Shown here piece after piece: positions 29,212 to 39,806 of a stretch of 64,000 nt of DNA. The translations under genes were made by a program, and so were the position numbers. Origin of the DNA: Bacilli bacterium. Lineage in GTDB: Bacteria; Bacillota_I; Bacilli_A; RF39; UBA660. Under the pieces are notes generated by a model. That model was not told where the DNA came from. It worked only from the letters and a program-made list of their open reading frames with translations, and ran no database searches. The stretch is from contig JAEDJT010000002.1 of NCBI GenBank assembly GCA_016296185.1, positions 4,226 to 68,225 on the forward strand, in the 5' to 3' direction. The stretch's first letter is position 1; the number at the start of each line of letters is the position of its first letter.

Positions 29212-31002
29212 ATGTTAAGAAGTGAAATTAAAGAAACTGATAAGTGGGATTTGACTCCATATTTTAAAAATAAAGTAGAATATGATAAGTATTATGATGA
29301 GACTTTAAAATTAATTGATGAAGTTGTTTCTTATAAAGGTAAAATAATGAAAGATTCTGATTCTTTATTTAATTTTTTAGAATTAGAAGATCAATTAGAT
29401 TTAAGATTAGAAACTATATATGTTTATTCATATTTATATCATTATAGTGATACTAAAGAAGAATATGGTAAACAATTAAAAATTAAAGCTGATAATTTAG
29501 ATGAATTAATTAGTGAAAAAACATCTTTTGTTAGAAGTGAAATATTAAGTGTTGATTATGATTATGTTTTAAAACTTATTAGTAAAAATAAAGCTTTAGA
29601 TAAATATGCTTTTAGTTTAGAAAGATTTTTCAAATATAAAGATCATACTTTAAGTGAAGCAGAAGAAAGAATTATTTCATTAGCAGGTAATGCTTTTGGT
29701 ACTCCTGATGATGCTTATTCTAGTTTGGATAATGCTGATGCCAAATTTGATAATGTTTTTTATAATGGAAAAGAAGTTGAATTAAATCATAGTAATTATA
29801 TTAAATTTGTTTCTGATAAAGATAGAGAATTTAGAAAACAAGTTTTTGAAAAATACTATAAATTTTATGTTGATCATAAAAATACTATTGCTGATTTATA
29901 TTTAGGACAAGTTAAACAAGATCTTTTTTATAGTAAAGTTAAAAAGTTTGATAGTCCGTTAGAAATGAGTTTATTTAGTGATAGTATTGATGTTTCAGTT
30001 TATAAGAATTTAATTAAAACTATTCATAAAAGTTTTGATCCCTTTTATGACTATATGTCATTTAGAAAAAAATTTTTAGGTGTAGATGAATTACATATGT
30101 ATGATATTTATGTTGATCTTGTTAATGGTGAACCTAGAAAATTCACTTTTGATGAAGCAAAAGATACAATATTAGATGCATTAAAAGTATTGGGTGATAA
30201 ATATGTTAATGATTTATCTCAATCTTTTGATAATGGTTGGATTGATAGATATCCTAATGATGGTAAAAGAAGTGGTGCATATCAATGGGGATCTTATGGA
30301 TTGCATCCTTATGTTTCACTTAATTTTGAAGGAACAGAAGACTCTGTTAGTACTTTAGCTCATGAATTAGGCCATGCTATGCATTCTTATTATAGTGATG
30401 GTAAACAAGATCATGTATATGCTCAATATCCTATATTTTTAGCTGAAATTGCATCTACAGTTAATGAAGTGTTATTAAATGAATATTTAATTAATAATGC
30501 TAAAGATGATGATGAAAAATTATTATATATTACTTCTTTCTTAGATAAATTTAAGGGAACTGTATATAGACAAACTATGTTTGCTGAATTTGAAATGTTA
30601 GTACATGAAAAAATGCAAAATAATGAATTGTTAACTACTGATAGTATTAGTGATATTTATTATAATCTTAATAAACAATATTATGGTAAAGATGTAGTTA
30701 GTGATGAGTTAATTAGATATGAATGGAGTAGAATTCCTCATTTTTACACTCCTTTCTATGTTTATAAATATGCTACTGGTTTCTGTGCTGCTTTAGCAAT
30801 TGCTAGTGATATATTAAATAAAGTTCCTGGAGCACAAGAAAGATATTTAGAATTCCTAAGTAGTGGAGGTTCTAAATATCCTTTAGATACTTTAAAAGCT
30901 TGTGGTGTTGATATGACAACAAGTGAACCTATTTTAAAAGGCGTTAAGTTATTTGAAGATAAATTAAAACAAGCAAAAGAAATAGTTGAGAAGGTGAAAT
31001 AA
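29212..31002 (+). CDS. pepF: Oligoendopeptidase F (peptidase M3B)
   Basis: 596 aa. HELGHAMH zinc motif and overall PepF-like layout. Its stop overlaps the dnaJ start. Confidence 0.85.
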   Translation: MLRSEIKETDKWDLTPYFKNKVEYDKYYDETLKLIDEVVSYKGKIMKDSDSLFNFLELEDQLDLRLETIYVYSYLYHYSDTKEEYGKQLKIKADNLDELISEKTSFVRSEILSVDYDYVLKLISKNKALDKYAFSLERFFKYKDHTLSEAEERIISLAGNAFGTPDDAYSSLDNADAKFDNVFYNGKEVELNHSNYIKFVSDKDREFRKQVFEKYYKFYVDHKNTIADLYLGQVKQDLFYSKVKKFDSPLEMSLFSDSIDVSVYKNLIKTIHKSFDPFYDYMSFRKKFLGVDELHMYDIYVDLVNGEPRKFTFDEAKDTILDALKVLGDKYVNDLSQSFDNGWIDRYPNDGKRSGAYQWGSYGLHPYVSLNFEGTEDSVSTLAHELGHAMHSYYSDGKQDHVYAQYPIFLAEIASTVNEVLLNEYLINNAKDDDEKLLYITSFLDKFKGTVYRQTMFAEFEMLVHEKMQNNELLTTDSISDIYYNLNKQYYGKDVVSDELIRYEWSRIPHFYTPFYVYKYATGFCAALAIASDILNKVPGAQERYLEFLSSGGSKYPLDTLKACGVDMTTSEPILKGVKLFEDKLKQAKEIVEKVK

Positions 31003-32132
31003 TGGCTGGTAGTAAGAATTATTATGATATATTAGGTGTTTCTAAAACTGCTACTGATTCCGAAATTAAAAGTGCATTCCGTAAACTTGCTAAACAATAT
31101 CATCCTGATTTAAATAAAGAAGCTGGAGCTGAAGAAAAGTTTAAAGAAATTGGTGAGGCTTACTCTGTATTATCCGATCCAGCTAAGCGTAAACAATATG
31201 ATCAATTTGGTCATGAAGCTTATACTAATGGTGCTAGTCAAGGAGGTTTTGGTGGAAATCCATTTGGTGGTGGTTTTTCAGCAGAAGACATCGATTTATC
31301 TAGTATTTTTGATGATTTATTTGGTGGCGGTATGTTTGGTGGCTCTAGTAGAAGAAGTAATTCAAGTAGACCACAAAAAGGTAGAGATTCTTTAGTTAAA
31401 GTTAATTTAACATTTGAAGAAGCTGTATTTGGATGTAAGAAATCTATTAATTTAGATTTAGATAGTGAATGTGATTCTTGTGATGGAAAAGGTGGAAGCG
31501 GTGAAGAAACTTGCTCTACTTGTAAAGGTAGAGGTCGTGTAGTTACTCAACAAAGAACTATGTTTGGGGTCTTCCAAAGTGAAACATCGTGTCCCGAATG
31601 TAATGGTAAAGGTAAAACATTTAAAAATGTATGTAAAAAATGTAATGGTAAAGGACATGTTATTAAAAATAAAGAAATTACTATTACTGTTCCTGAAGGC
31701 GTAGATAATGGTCATCAATTAAGAATTTCTGGAAAAGGTGCTGCTGGATATAATGGTGGACCTAATGGTGATATTTATATTGAATTTACAGTTAAAAATC
31801 ATCCTTTATTTGAAAGAAAAGAAAATGATATTTATTTAGATGTTCCAGTTACAATCACTGAAGCATGTTTAGGATGTAAAAAAGAAATACCTACATTAAC
31901 TGGAAGTGTTGTTATTGATATTGATGCTGGAAGCCAACCTGGTGATCAATTAAGACTTCGTGGTAAAGGTGTTAAAGATCCAATGGGGAAGAAAACTGGA
32001 GACATGTATGTTGTATTAAATGTTATAGTACCTACTAAGTTAGACAAGAAACAAAAAGATTTATTAAAATTATTATCTGAAACTGATTTAGATAATGAAA
32101 AAGAATTTAAAAATTTTAGTAAATATCTATAA
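31002..32132 (+). CDS. dnaJ: Co-chaperone DnaJ
   Basis: J domain with KQYHPDLN, a G/F-rich region and four CxxCxGxG zinc-finger repeats. Confidence 0.95.
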   Translation: MAGSKNYYDILGVSKTATDSEIKSAFRKLAKQYHPDLNKEAGAEEKFKEIGEAYSVLSDPAKRKQYDQFGHEAYTNGASQGGFGGNPFGGGFSAEDIDLSSIFDDLFGGGMFGGSSRRSNSSRPQKGRDSLVKVNLTFEEAVFGCKKSINLDLDSECDSCDGKGGSGEETCSTCKGRGRVVTQQRTMFGVFQSETSCPECNGKGKTFKNVCKKCNGKGHVIKNKEITITVPEGVDNGHQLRISGKGAAGYNGGPNGDIYIEFTVKNHPLFERKENDIYLDVPVTITEACLGCKKEIPTLTGSVVIDIDAGSQPGDQLRLRGKGVKDPMGKKTGDMYVVLNVIVPTKLDKKQKDLLKLLSETDLDNEKEFKNFSKYL

Positions 32133-32208
32133 AAAGAAAACCAATTTTATTGGTTTTTTTTATTTTGTTTATGATATAATTATAATAGATAAAATATGGG
32201 TGATAAAT

Positions 32209-33504
32209 ATGACTAAAAGTGAACAAGATTCTATTAAACAATATCGAATTATTGCTATCGTAATAATTGTTGCTTTATTTGTTTTTGTTCTTTCAATTAT
32301 AGGTTGGAAACATAGTAGTTATTTTACTAGTAATACTGTTAACATTGTTGTAACAGAAGGTGACTTAACTATTAATTATATTGATGGTGATGAATTTTAT
32401 TATAAAGGTAAAAAGAGTTCTACTTACAACATTTCTATTGCTAATTATGGTAGTAGTAAAGTTTTCTATTCTTTAGATTTAGATGATGTTAAAGCTAATA
32501 ATAGTGTTGAAATTATCGTTAAAGATAATGAAGGTAATGAAGTGTATAAAGATGATGATGTTGATAGTGATATTACTTTACTTAGTTTATTAAGTATTCA
32601 ACCTAATGAAACTGCAAGATATTCTATTATTTTATCTTCTAAGAAGAATGTTGATTTTGAAGCTAAGTTTACTGTTATTAATGATTCTTTAACAACTCAA
32701 TCGTTTAGTGATTTGATTTTATTAAATAATAATATAAGTATTCCTAAAACTAAAATAGGTAAAGAAGCATCTGAAACTGATGAAGGTTTATTAAGTGCTA
32801 GTGATAATGATGGTGTAAGTTATTATTTCAGAGGTGTTAATGATAGTAATTATATTCAAATTAATGATTTAATGTTTAGAGTTGTTAGAATTAATGGTGA
32901 TGGTTCTGTTAGATTGATTTTAGACGATACTATTGCTGCTAAAGCTGCATATAATACTAATTCTTTAGAAGAAGGACATGAAGTTAAAGAATTAGCTTTA
33001 TTTGAAAAAGCAAGTGTTCTAGAAACTTTAAATAGTTGGTATGAATCTGCATTAAGTGAATACGATAATGTTATTGTTCCAAGTAGTTTTTGTAGTGAAA
33101 CTGAGTTTGTTAATTTAAATGGCGGTTTCTATAGATCAGGAGCTTATAATAGATTATATTTTAGTAACGAACCTTCTTTAAAATGTGAAGGAACAATATA
33201 TAAAAATAAAGTAGGATTATTAAGTGCTGATGAAGCTACATTTGCCGGTGCATTCCAAGATTATGAAAATAAGAAATATTATTTATATAATGAAAATATC
33301 TCTGATACTGTAATTTTAGGAAGTTCTGATTATGTAAATACAAATAATGAAATTGTTATGTTTGGATTTAATCCAGATGGAAGTTTAAATGATGATATTT
33401 TATTTAATAAAGTTGTTTCTATTAGACCTGTTATTAATTTAGGACCTAATGCTAAAGTTAAAGGTAAGGGAACAATTGATAATCCTTTTATAATTGTTTC
33501 TTAG
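32209..33504 (+). CDS. Hypothetical N-terminally anchored extracytoplasmic protein (431 aa)
   Basis: The ATG at 32209 follows a GGGTGA RBS. The longer track ORF would span the dnaJ terminator and a TGaTATAAT promoter at 32172-32180. One TM then a soluble domain (GVSYYFRGV...MFRVVRINGDGSVRLILDD). Confidence 0.45.
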   Translation: MTKSEQDSIKQYRIIAIVIIVALFVFVLSIIGWKHSSYFTSNTVNIVVTEGDLTINYIDGDEFYYKGKKSSTYNISIANYGSSKVFYSLDLDDVKANNSVEIIVKDNEGNEVYKDDDVDSDITLLSLLSIQPNETARYSIILSSKKNVDFEAKFTVINDSLTTQSFSDLILLNNNISIPKTKIGKEASETDEGLLSASDNDGVSYYFRGVNDSNYIQINDLMFRVVRINGDGSVRLILDDTIAAKAAYNTNSLEEGHEVKELALFEKASVLETLNSWYESALSEYDNVIVPSSFCSETEFVNLNGGFYRSGAYNRLYFSNEPSLKCEGTIYKNKVGLLSADEATFAGAFQDYENKKYYLYNENISDTVILGSSDYVNTNNEIVMFGFNPDGSLNDDILFNKVVSIRPVINLGPNAKVKGKGTIDNPFIIVS

Positions 33505-33600
33505 TTGTAAATAATAATGTAAATATTTGTATAATAAAGTTGTCAATTTATTTAATAATATATTTATTGTGATAATATATTATTGAAAGGAAGAATTTAT

Positions 33601-34263
33601 ATGAAGAATGTAGTTTATTTAGTTGATAATATTGCATCAAGTGATTATGGTTATTATGTGATTATAATTGCATTAAGTTTAATTGCTATTTGTATGTTCT
33701 TTCTAATTTTTAGTCAATATAAATTGATTAAAATGCATAAACAAGATAAAAGTATTGATGATAAAATTGAAGAAATGGAAGAAAGAAATATTGATTTAGA
33801 AGATACTGCTGAATTACCAGTATTAAAAGAAAATATTTTTTATGAAAAAGAAGATCCTGTTATTGAAGCTATGGCTTCTATTCCTGAAGATGATTATAAT
33901 GAAGAGGAAGAAACTCCAATTTCTATTTCTGAGTTAGAAGATTTACAAAGTATTACTAGAGAAATTGAATTAAATCCTATTGTAAAAAAATCTAGTTTAA
34001 CTCAATATGAAGCTGAACAAGAAGAAAGAGCTATTATTAGTTATGATGAATTATTAGCTAAAAGTGATAATGTAAGTATTGTTTATAGTGATTCTAAAGC
34101 AGATGATGATATTCTAGTTAAGAAAGTTGATTTAGAACAAACTGGTAAAATAGAATTAGATCCTATAAAGAAACAATTAAATAGTAAAGTGACTGTTATG
34201 AGTTACGATCATGAGGAAGCTTTCTTGAATGCTTTAAAGGATTTATCAAATTTGTTAAATTAA
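33601..34263 (+). CDS. Hypothetical membrane-anchored acidic protein
   Basis: GAAAGGAAG RBS, one N-terminal TM, then a Glu/Asp-rich soluble region. Confidence 0.4.
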   Translation: MKNVVYLVDNIASSDYGYYVIIIALSLIAICMFFLIFSQYKLIKMHKQDKSIDDKIEEMEERNIDLEDTAELPVLKENIFYEKEDPVIEAMASIPEDDYNEEEETPISISELEDLQSITREIELNPIVKKSSLTQYEAEQEERAIISYDELLAKSDNVSIVYSDSKADDDILVKKVDLEQTGKIELDPIKKQLNSKVTVMSYDHEEAFLNALKDLSNLLN

Positions 34264-34295
34264 GACTTTGAGTCTTTTTTTATTAGGAGAATTTT

Positions 34296-34997
34296 ATGAA
34301 AAAGAAATATTTAATGGAATATAATATGATATTTGCTAATATCCTATCTACTATTCTTATGTTTGTATGTATAGGTATTGGTTTTTTAGTTTTTTATTTT
34401 AATTTAATTACTGTCGAGAGTTTTAAATTTAATTTTTTTATTTTTTTCATTTTTATAGTTATTATGTTTGGTTATTTAGGAATTCATGAACTTGTTCATG
34501 GAATTACTTATAGATTAACTGGTGCTAAAAGTGAAAATATTAAATATGGTATTGCTTTAGAAAAAGGTATTTTATTTTGTAAATGTGGTGGAGATGTATC
34601 TAGAAAATGTATTTTAACTAGTGTTATTATGCCTTTTATAGTATTAGGTTTATTTACTGGTATTATTTCGATTATATTTAATCTTCCTTTATTATTTATT
34701 TTAAGTTTATTGAATATTTCTGGATGCAGTGGAGACTTAATGATGTTTTGTTGGTTCTTAAATAGAGATAAAGATATTAAATTTAGAGAAATAGGTGATT
34801 CAACAACTTTTATTATTACTACTACTGAAGAATTAAATAAAAAGAAATTTGTTTGTTGTAAAGTTAAAGAAGTAATTAATAAAGTTGAAGATAATAAGTT
34901 TTTAAAAAAGATTAATTGTAGTAAGGAAAGTTTTATTGTACTTATTATTATAGGTATTATTATAGTAATTGATGTTATTTTATATTTATTCGTATAA
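34296..34997 (+). CDS. DUF3267-like putative zincin metallopeptidase, membrane protein
   Basis: HELVHG (HExxH) next to a TM helix, plus several further TM helices. Confidence 0.5.
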   Translation: MKKKYLMEYNMIFANILSTILMFVCIGIGFLVFYFNLITVESFKFNFFIFFIFIVIMFGYLGIHELVHGITYRLTGAKSENIKYGIALEKGILFCKCGGDVSRKCILTSVIMPFIVLGLFTGIISIIFNLPLLFILSLLNISGCSGDLMMFCWFLNRDKDIKFREIGDSTTFIITTTEELNKKKFVCCKVKEVINKVEDNKFLKKINCSKESFIVLIIIGIIIVIDVILYLFV

Positions 34998-35050
34998 TCT
35001 TTGGTGATTATACGTTTTTATGTTATAATTTTTTTTACGAGGTGAAGAAT

Positions 35051-36334
35051 ATGAAATTTAATATTATTACTTTTGGTTGTAAGGTTAATAGTTATGAATC
35101 TGAATATATTAAAGAACAATTATTAAATAATGGATATGTATATTCTGATAATGTTAAAGACTCAGATATTATTATTGTAAATACATGTAGTGTAACTAAT
35201 GTCGCTGATACTAAATGTTTTAAAACTATAAGAGGTATTAAAAGAGATAATAGTAATGCAATATTAATGGTATGTGGCTGTTCTTCACAAAATAATCAAG
35301 ATGAATATAAAGATATGGATATTGATATTTTACTTGGTACTAATGATAAAAAGAATGCATTATCATTAATTGAAGATTATAGAAGAAATAAAATTAAATT
35401 TGTTAAATTTGCTGATTCTAAACGTAGAGATTTTGAAGATATGAAAGTTGATAATTTTAATGATTTAACTAGAGCATATGTAAAAATACAAGATGGATGT
35501 AATAATTATTGTACTTATTGCGTTATTCCTTATGTTAGAGGAAGTATTAGAAGTAAAGATTTTGATGAAACTGTTAATGAAATACGTGAATTAGTTGATC
35601 ACGGACATAAAGAAATTGTATTTACTGGTATTGATACTGGAGCTTATGGTAAAGAAACTAATGGTAAGTATGATTTAGTTAAGTTAATTAGAGAAATTAG
35701 TAAGTTTGATAATCTTCATAGAATAAGAGTTAGTAGTATAGAAATTACTACTTTAACTGATGAATTTATTGATGAACTTAAAAATAATAAAAAAGTTTGT
35801 GGTCACTTACATATTTCATTACAAAGTGGTAGTGAACGTATTTTAGAGTTAATGAATCGTAAATATAATAAACAAGAGTATTTAGATAAAGTTAAATCAT
35901 TAAGAGATGCAAGACCAGATATAAATCTAACTACAGATGTAATTGTTGGCTTTCCTACTGAAACTGAAGAAGAATTTAATGAATGTGTTGAATTTTGTCG
36001 AGAAGTTAAATTTAGTAAGATTCATGTATTTCCATATTCAATTAGAAAAGGTACTAAAGCAGCTGAAATGGATGGTCAAATTGATGGTGCTATTAAGAAA
36101 GAAAGAGCTAGAAAATTAATTGAAATAGATAATGATTTACAACTAGAATTTAATAAACAATTTATAGGTAAAACAGTTAATGTTTTGGTAGAAGAAACAA
36201 AAGCAGGTAAATCTATTGGTCATACTGAAAATTTCTTAAAGGTTTATATTAATGATGTTGTTGAAAGCAATACTTTCGTTGATGTTGAAATTATTAGTGC
36301 AGATATTGAATCTGTAACTGGAAATGTAAAATAG
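35051..36334 (+). CDS. mtaB: tRNA methylthiotransferase MtaB (MiaB-like radical SAM)
   Basis: N-terminal UPF0004 domain (TFGCKVNSYESEY, NTCSVT), radical SAM CNNYCTYCVIP and a TRAM-like C-terminus. Confidence 0.8.
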   Translation: MKFNIITFGCKVNSYESEYIKEQLLNNGYVYSDNVKDSDIIIVNTCSVTNVADTKCFKTIRGIKRDNSNAILMVCGCSSQNNQDEYKDMDIDILLGTNDKKNALSLIEDYRRNKIKFVKFADSKRRDFEDMKVDNFNDLTRAYVKIQDGCNNYCTYCVIPYVRGSIRSKDFDETVNEIRELVDHGHKEIVFTGIDTGAYGKETNGKYDLVKLIREISKFDNLHRIRVSSIEITTLTDEFIDELKNNKKVCGHLHISLQSGSERILELMNRKYNKQEYLDKVKSLRDARPDINLTTDVIVGFPTETEEEFNECVEFCREVKFSKIHVFPYSIRKGTKAAEMDGQIDGAIKKERARKLIEIDNDLQLEFNKQFIGKTVNVLVEETKAGKSIGHTENFLKVYINDVVESNTFVDVEIISADIESVTGNVK

Positions 36335-36407
36335 TATAAAGAAAGTGTCTATTTGATAGACACTTCTTTTTTTATGAATTATAATTTTATTATAGGATAG
36401 TGATAAT

Positions 36408-37130
36408 ATGAGTGAAAGAATTGATTTATATGGCGGTGGAATTTATAACGGCGCTTTAATTAATAGTTTAAGTGAAGAAGCTAAGAAAAAAATTAGAAAT
36501 GGCGAACATGTTCAAATTGAAAATCATAAAGAAGTAAGTGAACAAGAACTTAGAGAACGTGAAGTTAAAAGACAAGAATATTCTAAAAATAAAAGAAAAA
36601 AACAAATGGAAAAAAAATTAAAAACTGCATTTGTTTCTGGAGTTATTGCTTCTTGTATAGTTATTACTGCAGGTGCTATATCTGTTAATGGTATTAAGAA
36701 TAAAATAGAAGCTAATTCTTATAATTATGAATATACTAAAGAAGGTAACCAAGCAATTAATGCAAGTAGTTATATTTTACCTTTACAACCTGGTGATCAT
36801 GAATATCATCATGCTTACCATTTTGATGTTATTGTAGATGCTGTTAGTAAAGGTGATTTTGATGCTGAATTATTTGGTGCTTATAATGGAATGATTCATG
36901 ATACTGATAGAGCTACTGCTTTAAAAAATATGGATACTTTAGTATGGCAATGTAGTTTAAGAGATTTATGTGAATGTACTAGTTTCACTCAATACTGTGA
37001 AGAACGTGGCTATGTTGATGAGAATGGTAAGATTGATACAAAAGCTTATGAATTAGCTGTAAAAGAATATATAAGAAATTTAGAAACACTTGAAAATTCT
37101 CAAGAAGAAGTAAATTCATTTAGACATTAG
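36408..37130 (+). CDS. Hypothetical single-TM protein (240 aa)
   Basis: ORF with a basic region, one TM (AFVSGVIASCIVITAGAISV) and a Cys/His-containing C-terminal domain. No family recognised. Confidence 0.4.
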   Translation: MSERIDLYGGGIYNGALINSLSEEAKKKIRNGEHVQIENHKEVSEQELREREVKRQEYSKNKRKKQMEKKLKTAFVSGVIASCIVITAGAISVNGIKNKIEANSYNYEYTKEGNQAINASSYILPLQPGDHEYHHAYHFDVIVDAVSKGDFDAELFGAYNGMIHDTDRATALKNMDTLVWQCSLRDLCECTSFTQYCEERGYVDENGKIDTKAYELAVKEYIRNLETLENSQEEVNSFRH

Positions 37131-37139
37131 GAGGCTAAT

Positions 37140-37364
37140 ATGGAAGAAATGGAATATATTGTTATAGACGGTAAGGAATATAACATAATAAAAGAATTAG
37201 AAACAGAAGGTCGTAAATATGTATTATTAGCTAATAATGATGATGTTAATGATGTATTTGTTAGAAGAGTAACTCATGATGAAGATACTGATTATATTGT
37301 AGGCTTAGATAGTCCTGAAGAGTTTGAAAAAGTGATGGTTCTGTTTATGAAAGAGTTAAGATAA
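37140..37364 (+). CDS. DUF1292 (YrzB-like) small acidic protein
   Basis: 74 aa. The pattern EGRKYVLLANNDD...VFVRRV...DSPEEFEKV is typical of DUF1292. Confidence 0.55.
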   Translation: MEEMEYIVIDGKEYNIIKELETEGRKYVLLANNDDVNDVFVRRVTHDEDTDYIVGLDSPEEFEKVMVLFMKELR

Positions 37365-37426
37365 AAGCGAAAATTTATTCGCTTTTTTATTTTGTGTATG
37401 ATAAACTATATTATGGTGATGCTTAT

Positions 37427-39643
37427 ATGGAATATATAAGAGGTAAATTCAAAAATATGATATTTGAATCTGATAATGGATATAAAGTAGGATTATTTAG
37501 AATTAAAGAAACTAACCAAGAAGAAATGAATGATATGGTTAATAAAACAATAACTTTTACTGGTTATTTTGCTGATATTAATCAAGATGATTACTATAAA
37601 TTAAGTGGCAAATATGTAGATAATAATAAATATGGTATGCAATACCAAGTTACAAATTATGAAAGAGAAGAACCTGAAGGTAGAGATGCTGTAATTGAGT
37701 TTTTATCTAGTTCTTTAGTAAAAGGTTGTGGTGAAAAAACTGCTATTGCTATTGTTGATGCATTAGGAGAAAATGCTCTTAATTTAATTAAAGACGATTA
37801 TAATAATTTACTTAAAGTACCTGGTATAAGTGAAGTTAAGGCTTTGAGAATATATAAATCTATTGTTAAGTATAATAGTACTGATGAAATTATTGTTGAA
37901 CTTAAAAAAATGGGTTTTACTATTAATGAATCTCTATCAATAATTAATAAATATGGTGATTCTAGTTTAACTATAGTTAATAAGAATTTATATTGTTTAA
38001 TTGATATTATTGATTTTAATAAGTTAGATAAAGTTTTTTTAGATTTAAAAAAAGCAGATAGTGAAGAACGTGTATATGCTTGTATTATTGAATCTTTAAA
38101 ACGTTTAGGTTTTAAAAATGGTGATACTTATTCAACATATGATGAATTGTTTAGTAATATTAGAAATGAATTTAAGATATTTATTACAGAGGATGAATTA
38201 GACGAGTATTTGGAACAATTAAAGAAAGATAAGATAATTGTAGTCAAACATAAGAAATACTTCTTAAAAGAGCTGTATGATGCTGAAGAATGTATAGCAG
38301 ATAATCTTGCTTTAATTGAATCTCATAGTAGATGTAGAGTTGATCATTTTGATGATTTAATAGCAGCTGTTGAACTTGAATATGATGTTAAATATAATGT
38401 TGATCAAAAGAAAGCTATTAAAAATGCTTTAACTAATAGAGTAAGTATTATTACTGGAGGTCCTGGAACAGGTAAAACTACTATTATTAATTCTATTGTT
38501 AAGCTATATGAAAGAATTCATAATTTAAATTATAAAGATATTATTAATGATATTGCATTATTAGCTCCAACTGGTAGAGCTGCAAAAAAGATTAGTGATT
38601 CTACTGGATTACCAGCTATGACTATTCATAGATATTTAAAATGGAATAAAGATAAAAATGAATTTCAAATTAATGAGTATAATAAAAACTATCATAAGTT
38701 AGTTATTATTGATGAAACTAGTATGATTGATACTAATTTATTTGATTGTTTATTAAGGGGTATTGGTCATAATATTCAATTAGTTTTAGTAGGTGATGCT
38801 AATCAATTACCTAGTGTTGGACCTGGTTTAATTTTAAATGATTTGATTGATAGTGATTGTTTTACTCATATTAAATTAGAACAAATTTATAGACAAAGTA
38901 ACAATAGTTATATACCTATATTAGCTAAAGAAATTAAATATAGAGAACTTAGTTCTGAATACAAAGAACAAAGAGATGATTATAATTTCTTACATGCTAC
39001 TGGATTACAAATTAAAGAATATGTAAGAAAAATATGTGAAATGTCTAGAGACAAAGGTTTAACAGAAGACGAAATTCAAGTCTTAGCTCCTATGTATAAA
39101 GGTGAAAATGGTATTGATAATTTAAATCAATTATTACAAAGCATTTTTAATCCTAAAGATAATAATAAAAAAGAAGTTAAAGTAGGAGATGTTATTTTTA
39201 GAGAACATGATAAAGTTTTACAATTAGTTAATGATCCTGATAATAATATTTTTAATGGTGATATTGGTTATATTACAAATATTGCTACGGTTACAACTCC
39301 TAAAAAGAAAGAAATTTTTACTATTGATTTTGATGGTAATAAAGTTTTATATGGAAGAGAAGATTTAGTTAATATTAAACACGCTTATGCGATTACAATT
39401 CATAAAAGTCAAGGTTCTGAATTTGCTCATGTTATTATGCCTATTTCTAAGTCATATTATAGAATGCTTTATAATAAACTTATATATACAGGTGTTTCAA
39501 GAGCTAAAAAGAGTTTGATAATGATTGGAGAAGAAGAAAGTTTTTTAATGGCTATTAATAATGATTATTCTAATAATAGAAAAACTAATTTAAAAGAACA
39601 AATTATGAATAGTTTTAAAGATTTAGAACAAACTACCAAGTAG
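37427..39643 (+). CDS. recD2: ATP-dependent RecD-like DNA helicase (RecD2, SF1B)
   Basis: Walker A GGPGTGKTT, DETSMID, GDANQLPSVGPG, TIHKSQGSEF. The N-terminal OB/HhH region is typical of RecD2. ATG at 37427 follows a GGTGA RBS. Confidence 0.9.
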   Translation: MEYIRGKFKNMIFESDNGYKVGLFRIKETNQEEMNDMVNKTITFTGYFADINQDDYYKLSGKYVDNNKYGMQYQVTNYEREEPEGRDAVIEFLSSSLVKGCGEKTAIAIVDALGENALNLIKDDYNNLLKVPGISEVKALRIYKSIVKYNSTDEIIVELKKMGFTINESLSIINKYGDSSLTIVNKNLYCLIDIIDFNKLDKVFLDLKKADSEERVYACIIESLKRLGFKNGDTYSTYDELFSNIRNEFKIFITEDELDEYLEQLKKDKIIVVKHKKYFLKELYDAEECIADNLALIESHSRCRVDHFDDLIAAVELEYDVKYNVDQKKAIKNALTNRVSIITGGPGTGKTTIINSIVKLYERIHNLNYKDIINDIALLAPTGRAAKKISDSTGLPAMTIHRYLKWNKDKNEFQINEYNKNYHKLVIIDETSMIDTNLFDCLLRGIGHNIQLVLVGDANQLPSVGPGLILNDLIDSDCFTHIKLEQIYRQSNNSYIPILAKEIKYRELSSEYKEQRDDYNFLHATGLQIKEYVRKICEMSRDKGLTEDEIQVLAPMYKGENGIDNLNQLLQSIFNPKDNNKKEVKVGDVIFREHDKVLQLVNDPDNNIFNGDIGYITNIATVTTPKKKEIFTIDFDGNKVLYGREDLVNIKHAYAITIHKSQGSEFAHVIMPISKSYYRMLYNKLIYTGVSRAKKSLIMIGEEESFLMAINNDYSNNRKTNLKEQIMNSFKDLEQTTK

Positions 39644-39654
39644 AGGTGATATTT

Positions 39655-39777
39655 TTGAATAAAAAGAATATGATTATTCTTGGTACAAGTATTGTTACAA
39701 GTATGATGGCAGGCTATATTGTTGCCAAAGTAAAAGATGCTTTAGAAACTAAATGTATTATTGATGAATTGACCTAG
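39655..39777 (+). CDS. Possible small membrane protein (35-40 aa), absent from the ORF track
   Basis: GAGGTGA RBS, TTG at 39655 (or ATG at 39670), hydrophobic MIILGTSIVTSMMAGYIVAKV, followed by terminator GACCTA-gtata-TAGGTC plus a T-run. Confidence 0.3.
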   Translation: MNKKNMIILGTSIVTSMMAGYIVAKVKDALETKCIIDELT

Positions 39778-39806
39778 TATATAGGTCTTTTTTCTTAGGA
39801 GATTAT

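Noticed and set aside
32095-32208. Longer N-terminal extensions proposed by the ORF track (32095, 33583, 37394, 57061, 25626, 53682, 17835, 8948, 7057)
   Set aside because: The extensions run across terminator hairpins, TGnTATAAT promoters or CIRCE, and lack an RBS. Internal ATG or GTG codons preceded by GGAGG/GGTGA-type sites were chosen instead.
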